Numbered from the stretch's first letter, positions 1 through 10,734 are shown. The stretch is 64,000 bases of DNA from an uncultured Flavobacteriaceae bacterium (GCA_964475595.1 CAYYXG010000014.1:1326-65325), one strand, 5' to 3'. Program-made: numbers and translations. Notes: generated from the sequence alone by a model not told the origin.

Positions 1-248
1 TCTGACTTATCAGTAAGCTCTTTGCACATGCCGGCGCTGATTTCTACAGCATCTACCTCATATCCACTCTGAGCAAGTGGAATTGAAAGACGCCCTGTGC
101 CGGCACCGAAATCTATTATGCTGCCTTTATTGGGCTCCGATTTTATTAGCCTCAACATTTCTTCTGTGAGTTGCCTGTAGTAATTACCAAAACACTGCTC
201 GTATACAAATTCATATACATTGGCCCAGCTGTCGTGTGGATGTGGCAT
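1..248 (-). CDS. class I SAM-dependent methyltransferase, partial (3' end beyond window edge)
   Basis: Reverse-strand translation from the ATG at 248 gives MPHPHDSWANVYEF...IIDFGAGTGRLSIPLAQSGYEVDAVEISAGMCKELT. A Rossmann motif I (DFGAGTGR) is present. Not in the ORF track because it is truncated by the window edge. Confidence 0.5.
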   Translation of the reverse strand, partial: MPHPHDSWANVYEFVYEQCFGNYYRQLTEEMLRLIKSEPNKGSIIDFGAGTGRLSIPLAQSGYEVDAVEISAGMCKELTDKS

Positions 249-379
249 ATTCACAAATATAACTTTTTGGAATTCAAAAATTGTTAAAAATTTATTTGAC
301 CCTAAAAACCTGTCAACGTTGACGAAATGATGTCTTTTTATGTAATGGTACTAGTTTTGCAAGTACAACATTCCTTTTT

Positions 380-1255
380 ATGAATACTTTTATGAAAGCA
401 ACACAACAAAACCTTTACAACCACGTCCAGTTTCTTACCGAGCTCCGTCCTTACCGTAACTACCGAAACCTGCAAAGTTTGCAGCGGGTGCGCGATTACA
501 TCATCCGCGAATTTCAGTCTTATGGCCTGCCAACCGAAGAGCAAACCTGGGTAGCCCGAGGCAATGAGTACGCCAACGTAATTGGCGTGTACAATGCCCA
601 CAAAAGCCGCCGCCTGATTGTAGGCGCCCACTACGATGTGTGTGGCGACCAACCGGGGGCCGATGACAACGCCAGCGCCGTAGCCGGACTGCTGGAAACC
701 GCCCGGATGGTGGCTGCCACCCAACCTGACCTGGACTACCGCATTGATTTTGTTGCCTACAGCCTCGAGGAACCGCCCTTTTACGGCACCAAAGACATGG
801 GAAGCTATGTGCACGCCAAATCCCTGCACGATAAAAAAGCGGATGTCATTGGGCTGATCAATTACGAAATGATTGGCTACTTTTCCGACGAGCCGCACTC
901 ACAGCCCTATCCCAGCCCGGCCCTGGCCAAAATGTACCCGCACACAGCCAATTTTATTGTGGTGGTGGGCATTGAGCGGTTCAAGGAGTTTAACAACAAG
1001 GTACACGCGCTGATGGCGAAGGATTCCGGCATTGATGTGCAAATTATCAACTTCCCGCAGGCCAACGACCTGGCGGCCATGTCTGACCAGCGCAACTACT
1101 GGCCCTTCGGCTACCCCGCATTGATGATTAACGACACATCCTTCCTGCGCAACCCCAACTACCACGAAACTTCCGACACCATAGACTCCCTCGATTTTCC
1201 CAAAATGACCGAGGTGGTGAGCAGCACGTTTAAGGCGGTGTGTGGGATGGGGTGA
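380..1255 (+). CDS. M28 family zinc aminopeptidase
   Basis: 291 aa. Contains GAHYDVCGDQPGADDNASAVAGLLE, the M28 metal-binding core. GC-normal. Confidence 0.75.
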   Translation: MNTFMKATQQNLYNHVQFLTELRPYRNYRNLQSLQRVRDYIIREFQSYGLPTEEQTWVARGNEYANVIGVYNAHKSRRLIVGAHYDVCGDQPGADDNASAVAGLLETARMVAATQPDLDYRIDFVAYSLEEPPFYGTKDMGSYVHAKSLHDKKADVIGLINYEMIGYFSDEPHSQPYPSPALAKMYPHTANFIVVVGIERFKEFNNKVHALMAKDSGIDVQIINFPQANDLAAMSDQRNYWPFGYPALMINDTSFLRNPNYHETSDTIDSLDFPKMTEVVSSTFKAVCGMG

Positions 1256-1477
1256 GATAATCAAACGTCCTATCAAAAAGGACAATTAAACTAATTTTTC
1301 AAAAATCCTAAATTTAAAATGTCTATGGTAAATACTCTGATTTTCCACCTATAAATTTAATATCAATCTATTTATTGTAAAAATATAATATTATATTTGG
1401 AGATACAAATAAAGTGAAATAATATTGTGATAGTTAAAATATGAATTGCACAAATACTCAGAAAAAGAAAGGCAGTT

Positions 1478-1945
1478 GTGCAACTTATTGCACATAAATC
1501 AAAGTATAATTTAAAGAACAAGCACATGAATAATAATTTCGAAAATCTAATCAATGAAAAAACGGATGACCAGTTAAGTGAAATTTATTTGAATGCAAAT
1601 GATTATCAACCAGATTTTATTGAATCAGTTGAAGAAGAACTAGTAAAAAGAAAAATTCCATTAGAATCCTTAACCTATATTAGGACGAAAAAAGAAGAAA
1701 TTACTGATGAAAGAATGGCAATTGGTAATCAAGGGAACCAATTCGTGATTATTTTTTCATTTGTTGCTTCCTTTTTCGGTGGTCTTTGGGGAATATTGGC
1801 TGGCTATCACTATGCATATTCTAAACACAAAAACGTAAAGGGTACAGAGTTTTTTTATTACAATGAATCTACAAGAAAATATGGCCGATGGATGCTTGCT
1901 GTAGGATGTTTTGCATTATGCCTAACACTACTTTCTAAAATATGA
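1478..1945 (+). CDS. hypothetical protein with C-terminal TM helices (AT-rich insert)
   Basis: 155-aa ORF in the AT-rich insert. Hydrophobic stretches IIFSFVASFFGGLWGILAGY and WMLAVGCFALCLTLL. Confidence 0.35.
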   Translation: MQLIAHKSKYNLKNKHMNNNFENLINEKTDDQLSEIYLNANDYQPDFIESVEEELVKRKIPLESLTYIRTKKEEITDERMAIGNQGNQFVIIFSFVASFFGGLWGILAGYHYAYSKHKNVKGTEFFYYNESTRKYGRWMLAVGCFALCLTLLSKI

Positions 1946-2070
1946 TGACATTTGCAGAAACAGTATTGACGGTTACCATCCAAAAACGGCAATTCAGGCA
2001 GTTAAGTATAACGTTTATTTGCAACTATGATGGAACCTAATACACTAAAAATTAAAACAGCTTATTAAAA

Positions 2071-2502
2071 ATGATAACAGATAACCATAATCTGAATAGA
2101 TTTCTTGATGCTCAAGCTACAGAATATGAAATTGCATTAAGCGAAATTAAAACCGGAAGAAAACAAAGCCATTGGATGTGGTATATATTTCCACAATTCA
2201 GAGGTTTGGGATTGAGCCCCACATCAATTTATTATTCAATTAAAGACATTGATGAAGCTAAGAATTATTTAAACCATCCAATTCTTGGTCATAGACTAAA
2301 AGAGATAACAAAAGAACTTTTATATCTCAATGAGAATGATGTGAATAAGATATTTGGAAGTCCTGATGACCTAAAATTAAAATCAAGCATGACTTTATTT
2401 GCCGCGATCGATACTTCCGAAGTTAAATTATTCAATAAAATATTACATAAATATTTTAATGGCCTAACATGTAATACTACTTCAAATCTCATAAAAGAGT
2501 AA
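2071..2502 (+). CDS. DUF1810 family protein
   Basis: 143 aa with the characteristic LNRFLDAQ...KQSHWMWYIFPQ motif of the DUF1810 family. Confidence 0.55.
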   Translation: MITDNHNLNRFLDAQATEYEIALSEIKTGRKQSHWMWYIFPQFRGLGLSPTSIYYSIKDIDEAKNYLNHPILGHRLKEITKELLYLNENDVNKIFGSPDDLKLKSSMTLFAAIDTSEVKLFNKILHKYFNGLTCNTTSNLIKE

Positions 2503-2639
2503 ACATGTCTTACGCTGGAACTCTTTGTTGTGGTCTTATTTTCAAGATTCAATAACTAAAATATAAAATAGCGATACTTCTTAACAACTGATATTGGAGA
2601 CCATAAAGAAGTAACGAGTCCTTCATTTTTCAGAAAAAT

Positions 2640-3071
2640 CTATGAAACATTTTCGCGGATGTCATAGGCCTGATCAATTAAGAAATGATTGGCTACTTCT
2701 CTGACGAGCCGCACTCTCAGCCCTATCCCAGCCCTGCCCTGGTCAAAATGTACCCGCACATAGCCAATTTTATTGTGGTGGTGGGCATTGAGCGCTTCAA
2801 GGAGTTTAACAACAAGGTGCACGCGCTGATGGCGAAGGACTCAGGCATTGATGTGCAAATCATCAACTTCCCGCAGGCCAACGACCTGGCGGCGATGTCT
2901 GACCAGCGCAACTACTGGCCCTTTGGCTACCCAGCATTGATGATCAACGACACGTCCTTCCTGCGCAACCCCAACTACCACGAAACCTCCGAAACCATAG
3001 ACTCCCTCGATTTCCCCAAAATGACCGAGGTGGTGAGCAGCACGTTTAAAGCGGTGTGTGGGATGGACTAG
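2640..3071 (+). pseudogene. duplicated 3' fragment of the M28 peptidase gene (~93% nt identity to 841-1255)
   Basis: Nucleotide-level repeat of the last ~430 bp of the 380-1255 gene. The repeat opens with an in-frame TAA (aattaagaaatg vs aattacgaaatg). It is followed by GC-rich flank and a terminator. Confidence 0.75.
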
Positions 3072-3140
3072 TGCTTATGGTACAAAGAATCGCAGTAACT
3101 ACCAATAAAGTTCCCGCGAACCCTACGATTAGGTGTTTTT

Positions 3141-3170
3141 CCCAAAACCGGGCGGCGTTTTGGGTGTTTT
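3141..3170 (+). terminator. rho-independent terminator (probable native terminator of the peptidase gene)
   Basis: cccaaaac-cgggcggc-gttttggg hairpin followed by tgtttt. Confidence 0.5.
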
Positions 3171-3516
3171 AGGGATGGGACGGGGTTGCAGAGGCATAGC
3201 TCTTTCATGATACGGGGTATTGAAGAATCTGTGATGATGTACTGATGGGTTTGACTATAAAGATTTTGGGATAAGCAAGTATACAATCCAAACAATGTCA
3301 GTAATTTATATTTATATAATTTCATCATATTACAAATATTATCTTTTATTTCTCTCGCAACCCCATGGCCGGCATAAAGTTATTAACAAATTTATATCAA
3401 TTACATTCACCTGGAAATTTCTTTTATTGGAAGATAACTTTCAGGCATAATGCTATTAAGGAACACTTTATCAGTGCAAATATTTCATTTCTCAAATCTG
3501 AGAGTTTCAGTGATTT

Positions 3517-4425
3517 TTATTCTTCCAGCTTCTTCAAAAGATCCGCAATTTCTGCATCCGGATTTTCCATTTTTCTGGTCATGAGTTCATTATAAATACC
3601 ATGCAGGAATTTAAATTCAAACAAAGTAATAATGTACTCATGATTAAAAAATTCTGCTGAGAACGCTTTAATTGTTTTCTTCTTATCTTCCTGAAAATTT
3701 CTAGAAAAACCCGCTGTATCTACAAGATCATTTGCCTTGATACGCTTTAAGAAATTTACGGTGATCTCTTTGTAGATGGTATAAAGATCAAGAGATTCGG
3801 TAAGTGAAGTAATATTGGCAGAACCTTCTTTTCCTGATAAATTCTTTAGTCGTTCTTTTGCCTGTTGGATATCCAAAGTTGTTAATTTACCAAGAAGACT
3901 GTTTTTAATATTGAAATACTCAATTGCACTTTTTAACTTTGAACTAAATTCATTGTTACCGGCAAAAAATACTAAATCTCTTTCCAAAATATCCTTATTG
4001 GTTTTGTTTATGATTTCATCCAAAGAGCAGTTGTAATAAACAGACAGTTTATTAATGGTGCTGATTTCTCCCTTCTGAAATGCCAGTTCTTCAGCTTTCT
4101 TCTGATTGCCAATCTGAGATAAGGAGTCTCCTTTTATTTTAATAGATAAATCGATAATTTTTTTTTGTAATTCGGCATTTTTATCCTGAAGTGTGCGGTT
4201 TTCTGACTGTCTTTTTGCGATTTCATTGTTGAGTGAATCCAGTGTTTCTTTCATCAAAAAACCCTTTTCTTTCTCAAAGATATTTTCAACGGCTTTGGTA
4301 ATCTCCGCATTTAACTTATCTCTTTCTGCTATTTTCTGTTTAACAGAATTGATGTCAGATTTTTTTTGAGCGACTGACATAAAAGGTACTCCAAAAAATA
4401 AAAGTATGGATATATTTTTTTTCAT
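3517..4425 (-). CDS. secreted coiled-coil protein (last gene of island operon)
   Basis: 302 aa. Signal peptide MKKNISILLFFGVPFMSVAQ. K/E-rich heptad-like sequence. Confidence 0.55.
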   Translation of the reverse strand: MKKNISILLFFGVPFMSVAQKKSDINSVKQKIAERDKLNAEITKAVENIFEKEKGFLMKETLDSLNNEIAKRQSENRTLQDKNAELQKKIIDLSIKIKGDSLSQIGNQKKAEELAFQKGEISTINKLSVYYNCSLDEIINKTNKDILERDLVFFAGNNEFSSKLKSAIEYFNIKNSLLGKLTTLDIQQAKERLKNLSGKEGSANITSLTESLDLYTIYKEITVNFLKRIKANDLVDTAGFSRNFQEDKKKTIKAFSAEFFNHEYIITLFEFKFLHGIYNELMTRKMENPDAEIADLLKKLEE

Positions 4426-4429
4426 GATT

Positions 4430-5362
4430 TTAATTACAACCTGGATCTTTATATGGGTTATTGAATGGATATATATTATCTAAATATTCACTGAGAGCTG
4501 CTTTTGTGTCATCAAAGCAATTATCATCAATTCCATAAATGTTAGACAAACTATTCAATTGGCTTTTTACTGCCGGCAGATGCTTTAAGGAGAATTCATT
4601 TTTATAAGATGTCGAATGCTCCATTTTGGACAATTGGCTTATTTTAACAATGAAATAATTTACTACTTTTTTAAACAATACTGTAGATATATTTTCAAGT
4701 TCTTTTCTAATTTGAGGGCAATTAACCGGGAAAGTCAAATCTGACAAGTATGATCTTTGTGGTATCATTAATTCGCTTTCTAATTTAGTTTGTGGAAGTA
4801 TATCATTTATAGCAGGTTTTGAATTACCTTTATATAGCGTCAATGCATTTGCTTTGGCAATAAATTGTTTAATCTCGGTATATTTATTAAGCGTGGCTAA
4901 TATATCTTTCAGTTCATTCTTTTTATCTTCATCATTAAGCGATGAATTGGCTTGTGCATTTCCAACTTCCTTTATTAAATTCAACACCAGGCTTTCTTTA
5001 TCTGTTCCATTGGAGATAACATGTTTCGCAGTTTTGATAAGTTTAGAAACATAAGTCTTATACAACCTGTCTGCCAGGTTAAGTTTCATTGTCTCATTTA
5101 AACTGGGATTATTGGGTGCGAATTCAAGGGCGCTGCCCCGCGTTTCAATATCAAATTTTAAAGCATGATACTGTGCCTGATAAATTATGGTATCATCTGC
5201 CAACGCCTCGAAACTGTCAATTCTGCTTATCATCCATTTCTCCTTATCCTGACCAGTTAGGATTGTCAGTGGGTCAGGAATTCGGCCTTTCATCCAGAAA
5301 TAACAAGCAAAACCGATTAGCGAAACAACGGCCAATATGATTATTATTTTGATACTTTTCAT
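4430..5362 (-). CDS. N-terminally membrane-anchored protein, paralog A
   Basis: Start trimmed to the internal M (MKSIKIIII...) to remove overlap. ~65-70% identical to the upstream neighbour. Ends ...NPYKDPGCN. Confidence 0.55.
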   Translation of the reverse strand: MKSIKIIIILAVVSLIGFACYFWMKGRIPDPLTILTGQDKEKWMISRIDSFEALADDTIIYQAQYHALKFDIETRGSALEFAPNNPSLNETMKLNLADRLYKTYVSKLIKTAKHVISNGTDKESLVLNLIKEVGNAQANSSLNDEDKKNELKDILATLNKYTEIKQFIAKANALTLYKGNSKPAINDILPQTKLESELMIPQRSYLSDLTFPVNCPQIRKELENISTVLFKKVVNYFIVKISQLSKMEHSTSYKNEFSLKHLPAVKSQLNSLSNIYGIDDNCFDDTKAALSEYLDNIYPFNNPYKDPGCN

Positions 5363-5366
5363 GATT

Positions 5367-6302
5367 TCATATACAGCCTGGATCTTTATATGGGTCATCA
5401 AATGAATATATATTTTCTAAATATTCAATAAGTGATTGTTTTGTGTCATCAAAACAATTATTATCTATCCCATAAATGTTAGATAAACTATTCAATTGGC
5501 TTTTTACTGCCGGCAGATATTTTAAGGAGAATTCACCCTTATTTAAACCTGGCCATTCCTTTTTGGATAATTGGCTTATTTTACTTATAAAAAAATTTAC
5601 AGATTTTTTGAACAATATGACAGATACATTTTCCACTTCTTTTTTAATGTGGGGGCAATTAACAGGGAATGTCATATCTGCCAAATATGATCTTTGAGGT
5701 ATTATAAAATCATTTTCTAATTCTGTTTGTTGCAGTATATCGTATATACCGGGTTTTGAACCAGCATTACTTAGCGTCAAGCCATTTGCTTTGGCAATAA
5801 AATTTTTAATCTCAGTATATTTATTAAGCTTATCTAATATATCTTTCAGTTCATTCTTTTTATCTTCATCATTAAGCGATGTATTAGCTTGTGCATTTCC
5901 AACTTCCTTGATTAAATTCAAAATAAGGCCTTCCTTATCTGACCCATTGGAGATAACAAGGTTCGCAGTTTTGATAAGTGAAGAAATATATGTCTTATAT
6001 AACATATCCAACAAATCATTTTTTTGTGTTTCATTTAAATCAGAATCATCGGGCGCGAATTCAAGGGCGCTTCCACGGCTTTCAATTTCAAATTTTAGGG
6101 CATCGTAATGTGACTGGTAAATTGCAGTATCTGCCAATGCATCGAAAGAGTCGATTCTGCTTTTCATCCAATTATACTTGTCTGATGGAGGATTTATTAC
6201 CGTTTCACCACCATCTTTACCATCGTCTTTCATCCAATGGTAACACATAAAACCAATTAACAGTAAAACTACAAATACGATAATTATTTTTAAACTTTTC
6301 AT
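5367..6302 (-). CDS. N-terminally membrane-anchored protein, paralog B
   Basis: 311 aa. TM helix IIIVFVVLLLIGFMCY. Tandem paralog of 4430-5362 with shared blocks SRGSALEFAP, NLIKEVGNAQAN, IYGIDNNCFDDTK. Confidence 0.6.
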   Translation of the reverse strand: MKSLKIIIVFVVLLLIGFMCYHWMKDDGKDGGETVINPPSDKYNWMKSRIDSFDALADTAIYQSHYDALKFEIESRGSALEFAPDDSDLNETQKNDLLDMLYKTYISSLIKTANLVISNGSDKEGLILNLIKEVGNAQANTSLNDEDKKNELKDILDKLNKYTEIKNFIAKANGLTLSNAGSKPGIYDILQQTELENDFIIPQRSYLADMTFPVNCPHIKKEVENVSVILFKKSVNFFISKISQLSKKEWPGLNKGEFSLKYLPAVKSQLNSLSNIYGIDNNCFDDTKQSLIEYLENIYSFDDPYKDPGCI

Positions 6303-6318
6303 ATTTTTAAATGTTAAA

Positions 6319-8409
6319 CTATCTTAGTTTTTCACAGAAACAATTTAAATCAGGACACTGTGATATAATATTTTGATTATTTTTATTTTTATTTTTAATT
6401 TTTTCTATATTATCTTTGACTTTCTTAATATTATTGGTTTGATCTTTTGAATTAAATCTATTAATGGTATTCATCAATTTTTCTTGGTCTATAGCACCAT
6501 TGTAATAATCTCTTATTGCCTTATAAACATCATCTTCTTTTGAAGTTGATTTTGGGGGGTCACCTCCGGTCTCCCCCCCCGAACCGGATCCCGTTTTATT
6601 TCCTCCGGATCCGGCAGCACCACCCTTAGATCCGCCGCCACCTTTAACTATCGGGTCTGGTTCCGGATTTTTGTCACCCAGCTTTCTGGCTATTGCAGCC
6701 AATATGGTCTTTTTCAGGCTGTCGGGCCGGCTAATTTTCTCAACAAGGCCTCTCCGATGTATAAGACTATCCGGAGACTTTATGTTCTTCACTGCGGCTT
6801 CAATCTCAATGAGCTGTTTTATGGTATCAATTAATCTGCCCGCTGCTGACAAACTCATGGTACTTATTTGTTCTTTTATTAAATATCCACCAACTCGCTT
6901 TCTTGTATTTTTATCAGAGATTTTAACTATTTCCTCAATAATAATTTTTAGGCCATCATTCTGACCCATATTTGGATCCTTTGACAAATTTTGCTTGATG
7001 ATACCTTCAAAATCGCCCTTGTTCAGCAATTTCCTGAAAGCAATCGCTTTTTGCAACTTTTCACATTCATCCGCATTATAGGTATCTTTAGTTATATCTA
7101 CACAATTTGCATTACTTCTTTTTTCAAGATCTGCTAGCAGCCAGTTATCATTGGTGAGCAGTACCTCGATTTCATTGTCTTCATTTGGCGGAGGAGGAAA
7201 CAGGTACGTAGCACCCAGGAAAATCATCACACAAAGCATAACAACCGCACCTCCCAAATAGAAGGGCTTGAGGTCCATTTTCTTTTCATATTGAGCAATC
7301 AGAACACCATTCATCAATTCAAAACCTGTAAATCTGTATCCTGGATTGGGTTCAATGTAATGCTTTACATCACTTCCATCATGCTTTCCTGAAGTTACAC
7401 CTTTGCGGGAAAGTTCCCCAAATTCTCCGGCAGATACTTTATATCTGGGCGTTAACTGAACATTCGTGGCTATCCTGAAAGAATTGCTTCCCTGCTGAAA
7501 AATCAAGTTTTTATCAGCACCCGCATTTTTCATCGAAATCTTTACTTCCAGGCTTTCATGATTTTCCTTGGAATAAATGATTTTTAGGGAGTCGTTTAAA
7601 CCAAACTTCACCAAATCACCCGGCTTAAGCCCCTCATTGTTCTTAAACACCTGTATCCTAAGTGAACTGGAAGAAGTCGGACAGACCAATGTATATTCTA
7701 CTTTTTCACGGATGATTTTTATTTTTCCGGTCAAATCGGCGTTTCTAGAATAATCCAATACCTTGAGTGGATTATCTGACTGATCCTTTTTTTGCTTATC
7801 TATAAAATAAATCTGTAAATAAGGCTCAAAATCTTTTTGGTACGGGGCGGAAAGAAGACTATTTAATTCCTCTGAGCTTTCATAATATGCATACGCTTTT
7901 GATCTCTGCTTTGGTTCCTGCTCAGATTCAATAAAAGCAAGTGCTTCATCATCTTTTTTTATCTTATTGTTTGAATTATACCTGTCAAGAATTGACTCGG
8001 TAAAAGACCAGTCTGCAGGCATTCCAACATTAGGGGTATGGTCCGTGGCTTCAAGATAAGGTCGGTAATGATTATGAATCTCATCCAAAATGCTTCGAAT
8101 ATCTTCACCCTCCATTTGCTTATTCCAAGGAAGGGTAATAGCAAAATTAAAGGTACCAATTCTGCCACTACCACCGCCATCTTTAACAATTATTGTTTTG
8201 GTATAAACTTTTTTCTGTTTGTAAAATGCAATCGAGTAGACAAAATTTCCTAACCCGATATGTGTTTCCGGACTTACTGCAGAGGGATCCCACACGTCTA
8301 ATCTATCCGGATTGTCCTCAACAAACTGGTTCTTTTCAGTGAATTGATTACGTTTCGGATTTAAAACCTTGTATCCGCTCCTTATCCCATGTACATAAAT
8401 CTGAATCAT
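6319..8409 (-). CDS. large single-pass membrane protein with Gly-rich segment
   Basis: 696 aa. Central TM LGGAVVMLCVMIFLGATYLFPPPP. GGGGSKGGAAGSGGNKTGSGSGG tract encoded by G6/C8 homopolymers. Confidence 0.6.
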   Translation of the reverse strand: MIQIYVHGIRSGYKVLNPKRNQFTEKNQFVEDNPDRLDVWDPSAVSPETHIGLGNFVYSIAFYKQKKVYTKTIIVKDGGGSGRIGTFNFAITLPWNKQMEGEDIRSILDEIHNHYRPYLEATDHTPNVGMPADWSFTESILDRYNSNNKIKKDDEALAFIESEQEPKQRSKAYAYYESSEELNSLLSAPYQKDFEPYLQIYFIDKQKKDQSDNPLKVLDYSRNADLTGKIKIIREKVEYTLVCPTSSSSLRIQVFKNNEGLKPGDLVKFGLNDSLKIIYSKENHESLEVKISMKNAGADKNLIFQQGSNSFRIATNVQLTPRYKVSAGEFGELSRKGVTSGKHDGSDVKHYIEPNPGYRFTGFELMNGVLIAQYEKKMDLKPFYLGGAVVMLCVMIFLGATYLFPPPPNEDNEIEVLLTNDNWLLADLEKRSNANCVDITKDTYNADECEKLQKAIAFRKLLNKGDFEGIIKQNLSKDPNMGQNDGLKIIIEEIVKISDKNTRKRVGGYLIKEQISTMSLSAAGRLIDTIKQLIEIEAAVKNIKSPDSLIHRRGLVEKISRPDSLKKTILAAIARKLGDKNPEPDPIVKGGGGSKGGAAGSGGNKTGSGSGGETGGDPPKSTSKEDDVYKAIRDYYNGAIDQEKLMNTINRFNSKDQTNNIKKVKDNIEKIKNKNKNNQNIISQCPDLNCFCEKLR

Positions 8410-8411
8410 TT

Positions 8412-9755
8412 TTATTTTTTTAGAAATTTTCTGAAGACCGATGTATTTTCATCCGGTACTTGAGCATGTATTGTTTGTATTATTTCATCTGAATATTCCC
8501 TGTTTATCCTACAAATCCTGTTAAAGTATAAGTCTCCTATTGAAAACATCTTTACCCCGAAGTCCATATTAAAATTTTTGCTTTGTTCTCTTAATAAATC
8601 ATAAAAATTTAAAAACCGTTCTTCAATGAATCTTTTTGCCTCTTCCAGTTTCTCTTCCTCAGTATTCCCCGGGATTGAATCTGCTTTGGTAATAATAATA
8701 TACAACCCTTTGGATTTATGTGACAATATCTTCTGGTGGTTTCTAAAGTAATTTGTAGCCGCGGTCAGATATTCTGCCTGGGTAATATCCTGATTTATAA
8801 TATCCCTTGACTTTTCAGCTTCATAATCTATGAAGAAAAAATGCAGTTTAGGATTGGAACTTGCCACCAGTAGTTTTACAGTCTCAAAGGCCTCTAAAAC
8901 TTTTTCGCCTTTGTCTTCATCCAGCTTCTTTACACCTGTAATTACTTCATAAAAATACTTAAATAATTCGCCGCTCAATTCGAAGAAAGAGACATTCTTA
9001 TATTTTCTTCTGTCCCTTTTTTTAAATTGGAAAGGCATATATTGGGTGGATTCCTCCGGTGTACGGTTGGGAAGGCACGCAATATCATTGAGGAAAACAC
9101 GGGTAAGGTCATTTCTGTATGAATTTCCCATGGTTATGCCTACAGGATCTACGATATTATATTTCTTATTCATCGTGCTCAGAATTGCTGCCAGAGCACA
9201 GGTCTTTCCCGATGTAGAAGTTCCCCAGAAATAGACATCTGTAAAATCATCAGGTATCTCATCTTTTGATTTGGGAATATGATTATAATTGGCATTCAGT
9301 GTTGCATATCTAAATTCTTTAACTATCTTAAAATCTATGCCATAATGCCCGCATAGTTCACGCACATTATCTTCACCCAACTTTCTGATAGGATCATCCT
9401 CGATAAACAACAAATTAGGATTATCAATATACTTCTGTAATTCCTGGTTTAGTTTTGCTGCTTTTTCTTCTTTTAGCGCATTGATTTTCGCTATAACCAA
9501 TTCCTGTTTCCGGGAATTTGGATAATCCACCAAAAACTGCTCCAATTGATGGATATCCGTTGCCGCGTTAAAATCATTATTTTCCTGTTCACCTGCACCA
9601 AGCAATTTCCTAACCTCTTGCTGCCTGAGTGTTGCAAAGTCACCTGTATCCTGTAACTCTTCGAATGTAACGTGTCCATCGCTTATGGCAGCCGCAATAT
9701 CACGGTTATCCATATTGCCTACATTATCCAGATAGTATTGTTTATCCTGATGCAT
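8412..9755 (-). CDS. P-loop NTPase
   Basis: 447 aa. Walker A GTSTSGKT and Walker-B-like LHFFFIDYE. Translationally coupled to neighbours (3-nt gap). Confidence 0.6.
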   Translation of the reverse strand: MHQDKQYYLDNVGNMDNRDIAAAISDGHVTFEELQDTGDFATLRQQEVRKLLGAGEQENNDFNAATDIHQLEQFLVDYPNSRKQELVIAKINALKEEKAAKLNQELQKYIDNPNLLFIEDDPIRKLGEDNVRELCGHYGIDFKIVKEFRYATLNANYNHIPKSKDEIPDDFTDVYFWGTSTSGKTCALAAILSTMNKKYNIVDPVGITMGNSYRNDLTRVFLNDIACLPNRTPEESTQYMPFQFKKRDRRKYKNVSFFELSGELFKYFYEVITGVKKLDEDKGEKVLEAFETVKLLVASSNPKLHFFFIDYEAEKSRDIINQDITQAEYLTAATNYFRNHQKILSHKSKGLYIIITKADSIPGNTEEEKLEEAKRFIEERFLNFYDLLREQSKNFNMDFGVKMFSIGDLYFNRICRINREYSDEIIQTIHAQVPDENTSVFRKFLKK

Positions 9756-9774
9756 TTTTCTCTTTTGTTAAAAA

Positions 9775-10734
9775 TTAAATCTCAACAGTAAATTTATTAT
9801 CGCCTCGCTTGTTGTTATTTTTTCCGATTTTGAAACCCAAAAGTGTTTGCTCGTTTTTAAAATCTCTGTCGGTTACCATGTAATCCAGCATCATCAGTAA
9901 ACACAAAATCAATCCGATTGCAATCGCCAATACCCCGGGCTGGCCTTCTTTCTTGAATTTTCCCTGCACATTGGTTAAAGAGATGCCTGGATCGTACGGT
10001 ATAATTGCTGCAGAATCTTCTGCATTTGCCATGTATGCTGTATATCCCCTAAGTTGATTTATTCTGATACTGATATTCTTTTCAAGGTTATTAATTACAT
10101 CAACCACAGCTATCGGTTTCCAATTTTCTATGCTCTCTTTTGCCATATTTAACCAAACGGAATCTGCTGTTTTTTGTGCCTTATAATTTGCAGGAAACAA
10201 TTTACCTTTTAAAACATTTAACAGCGTACCTGCCTGCTGATTTTCGATACTTGGATTAAATCCAAGCTGATCGTACAGCGGGGGATTGAAATTAAGACTG
10301 TGTGCTTTTATAATACTATTTAATTTTATGTCATACTTCGCAATTCTGCTATGGGCATTTTGTTCGTAAACCTTATACATACCTTTGGCCTTGTCAATAT
10401 CAGCAAGTACGACCTTCTGAATGCTGCTTTTCTTTGAGTAAACATGAAAAAAATGAGAAAACGGTTTAATGAGACAGAAACACAGTGCTATATATGACAG
10501 CACCAACAGACGCTCCACCATAATCATCCTCTTAAAATTGTTGTGCGCCTTTTTGGTTGCTCTCGCCATCAGAACAAGAACATACAGGGAAAACATCATC
10601 AAAAATGCCGTCAACAGGGCATCTTTAGCATCTCCTATATTTAGGTAATTCTGTCCCAGAAATGCAATAAATCCATATCCAAGGGCAGCAAGGGCAGCAA
10701 GTACGCCTGCCAGTGAAATTTTCGCCTTACTCAT
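9775..10734 (-). CDS. polytopic membrane protein
   Basis: 319 aa. Three to four N-terminal TM helices followed by a soluble domain. Confidence 0.55.
   Translation of the reverse strand: MSKAKISLAGVLAALAALGYGFIAFLGQNYLNIGDAKDALLTAFLMMFSLYVLVLMARATKKAHNNFKRMIMVERLLVLSYIALCFCLIKPFSHFFHVYSKKSSIQKVVLADIDKAKGMYKVYEQNAHSRIAKYDIKLNSIIKAHSLNFNPPLYDQLGFNPSIENQQAGTLLNVLKGKLFPANYKAQKTADSVWLNMAKESIENWKPIAVVDVINNLEKNISIRINQLRGYTAYMANAEDSAAIIPYDPGISLTNVQGKFKKEGQPGVLAIAIGLILCLLMMLDYMVTDRDFKNEQTLLGFKIGKNNNKRGDNKFTVEI

Noticed and set aside
3068-3328. 86-aa minus-strand ORF
   Set aside because: It spans the native terminator hairpin and the island boundary, with no supporting features.
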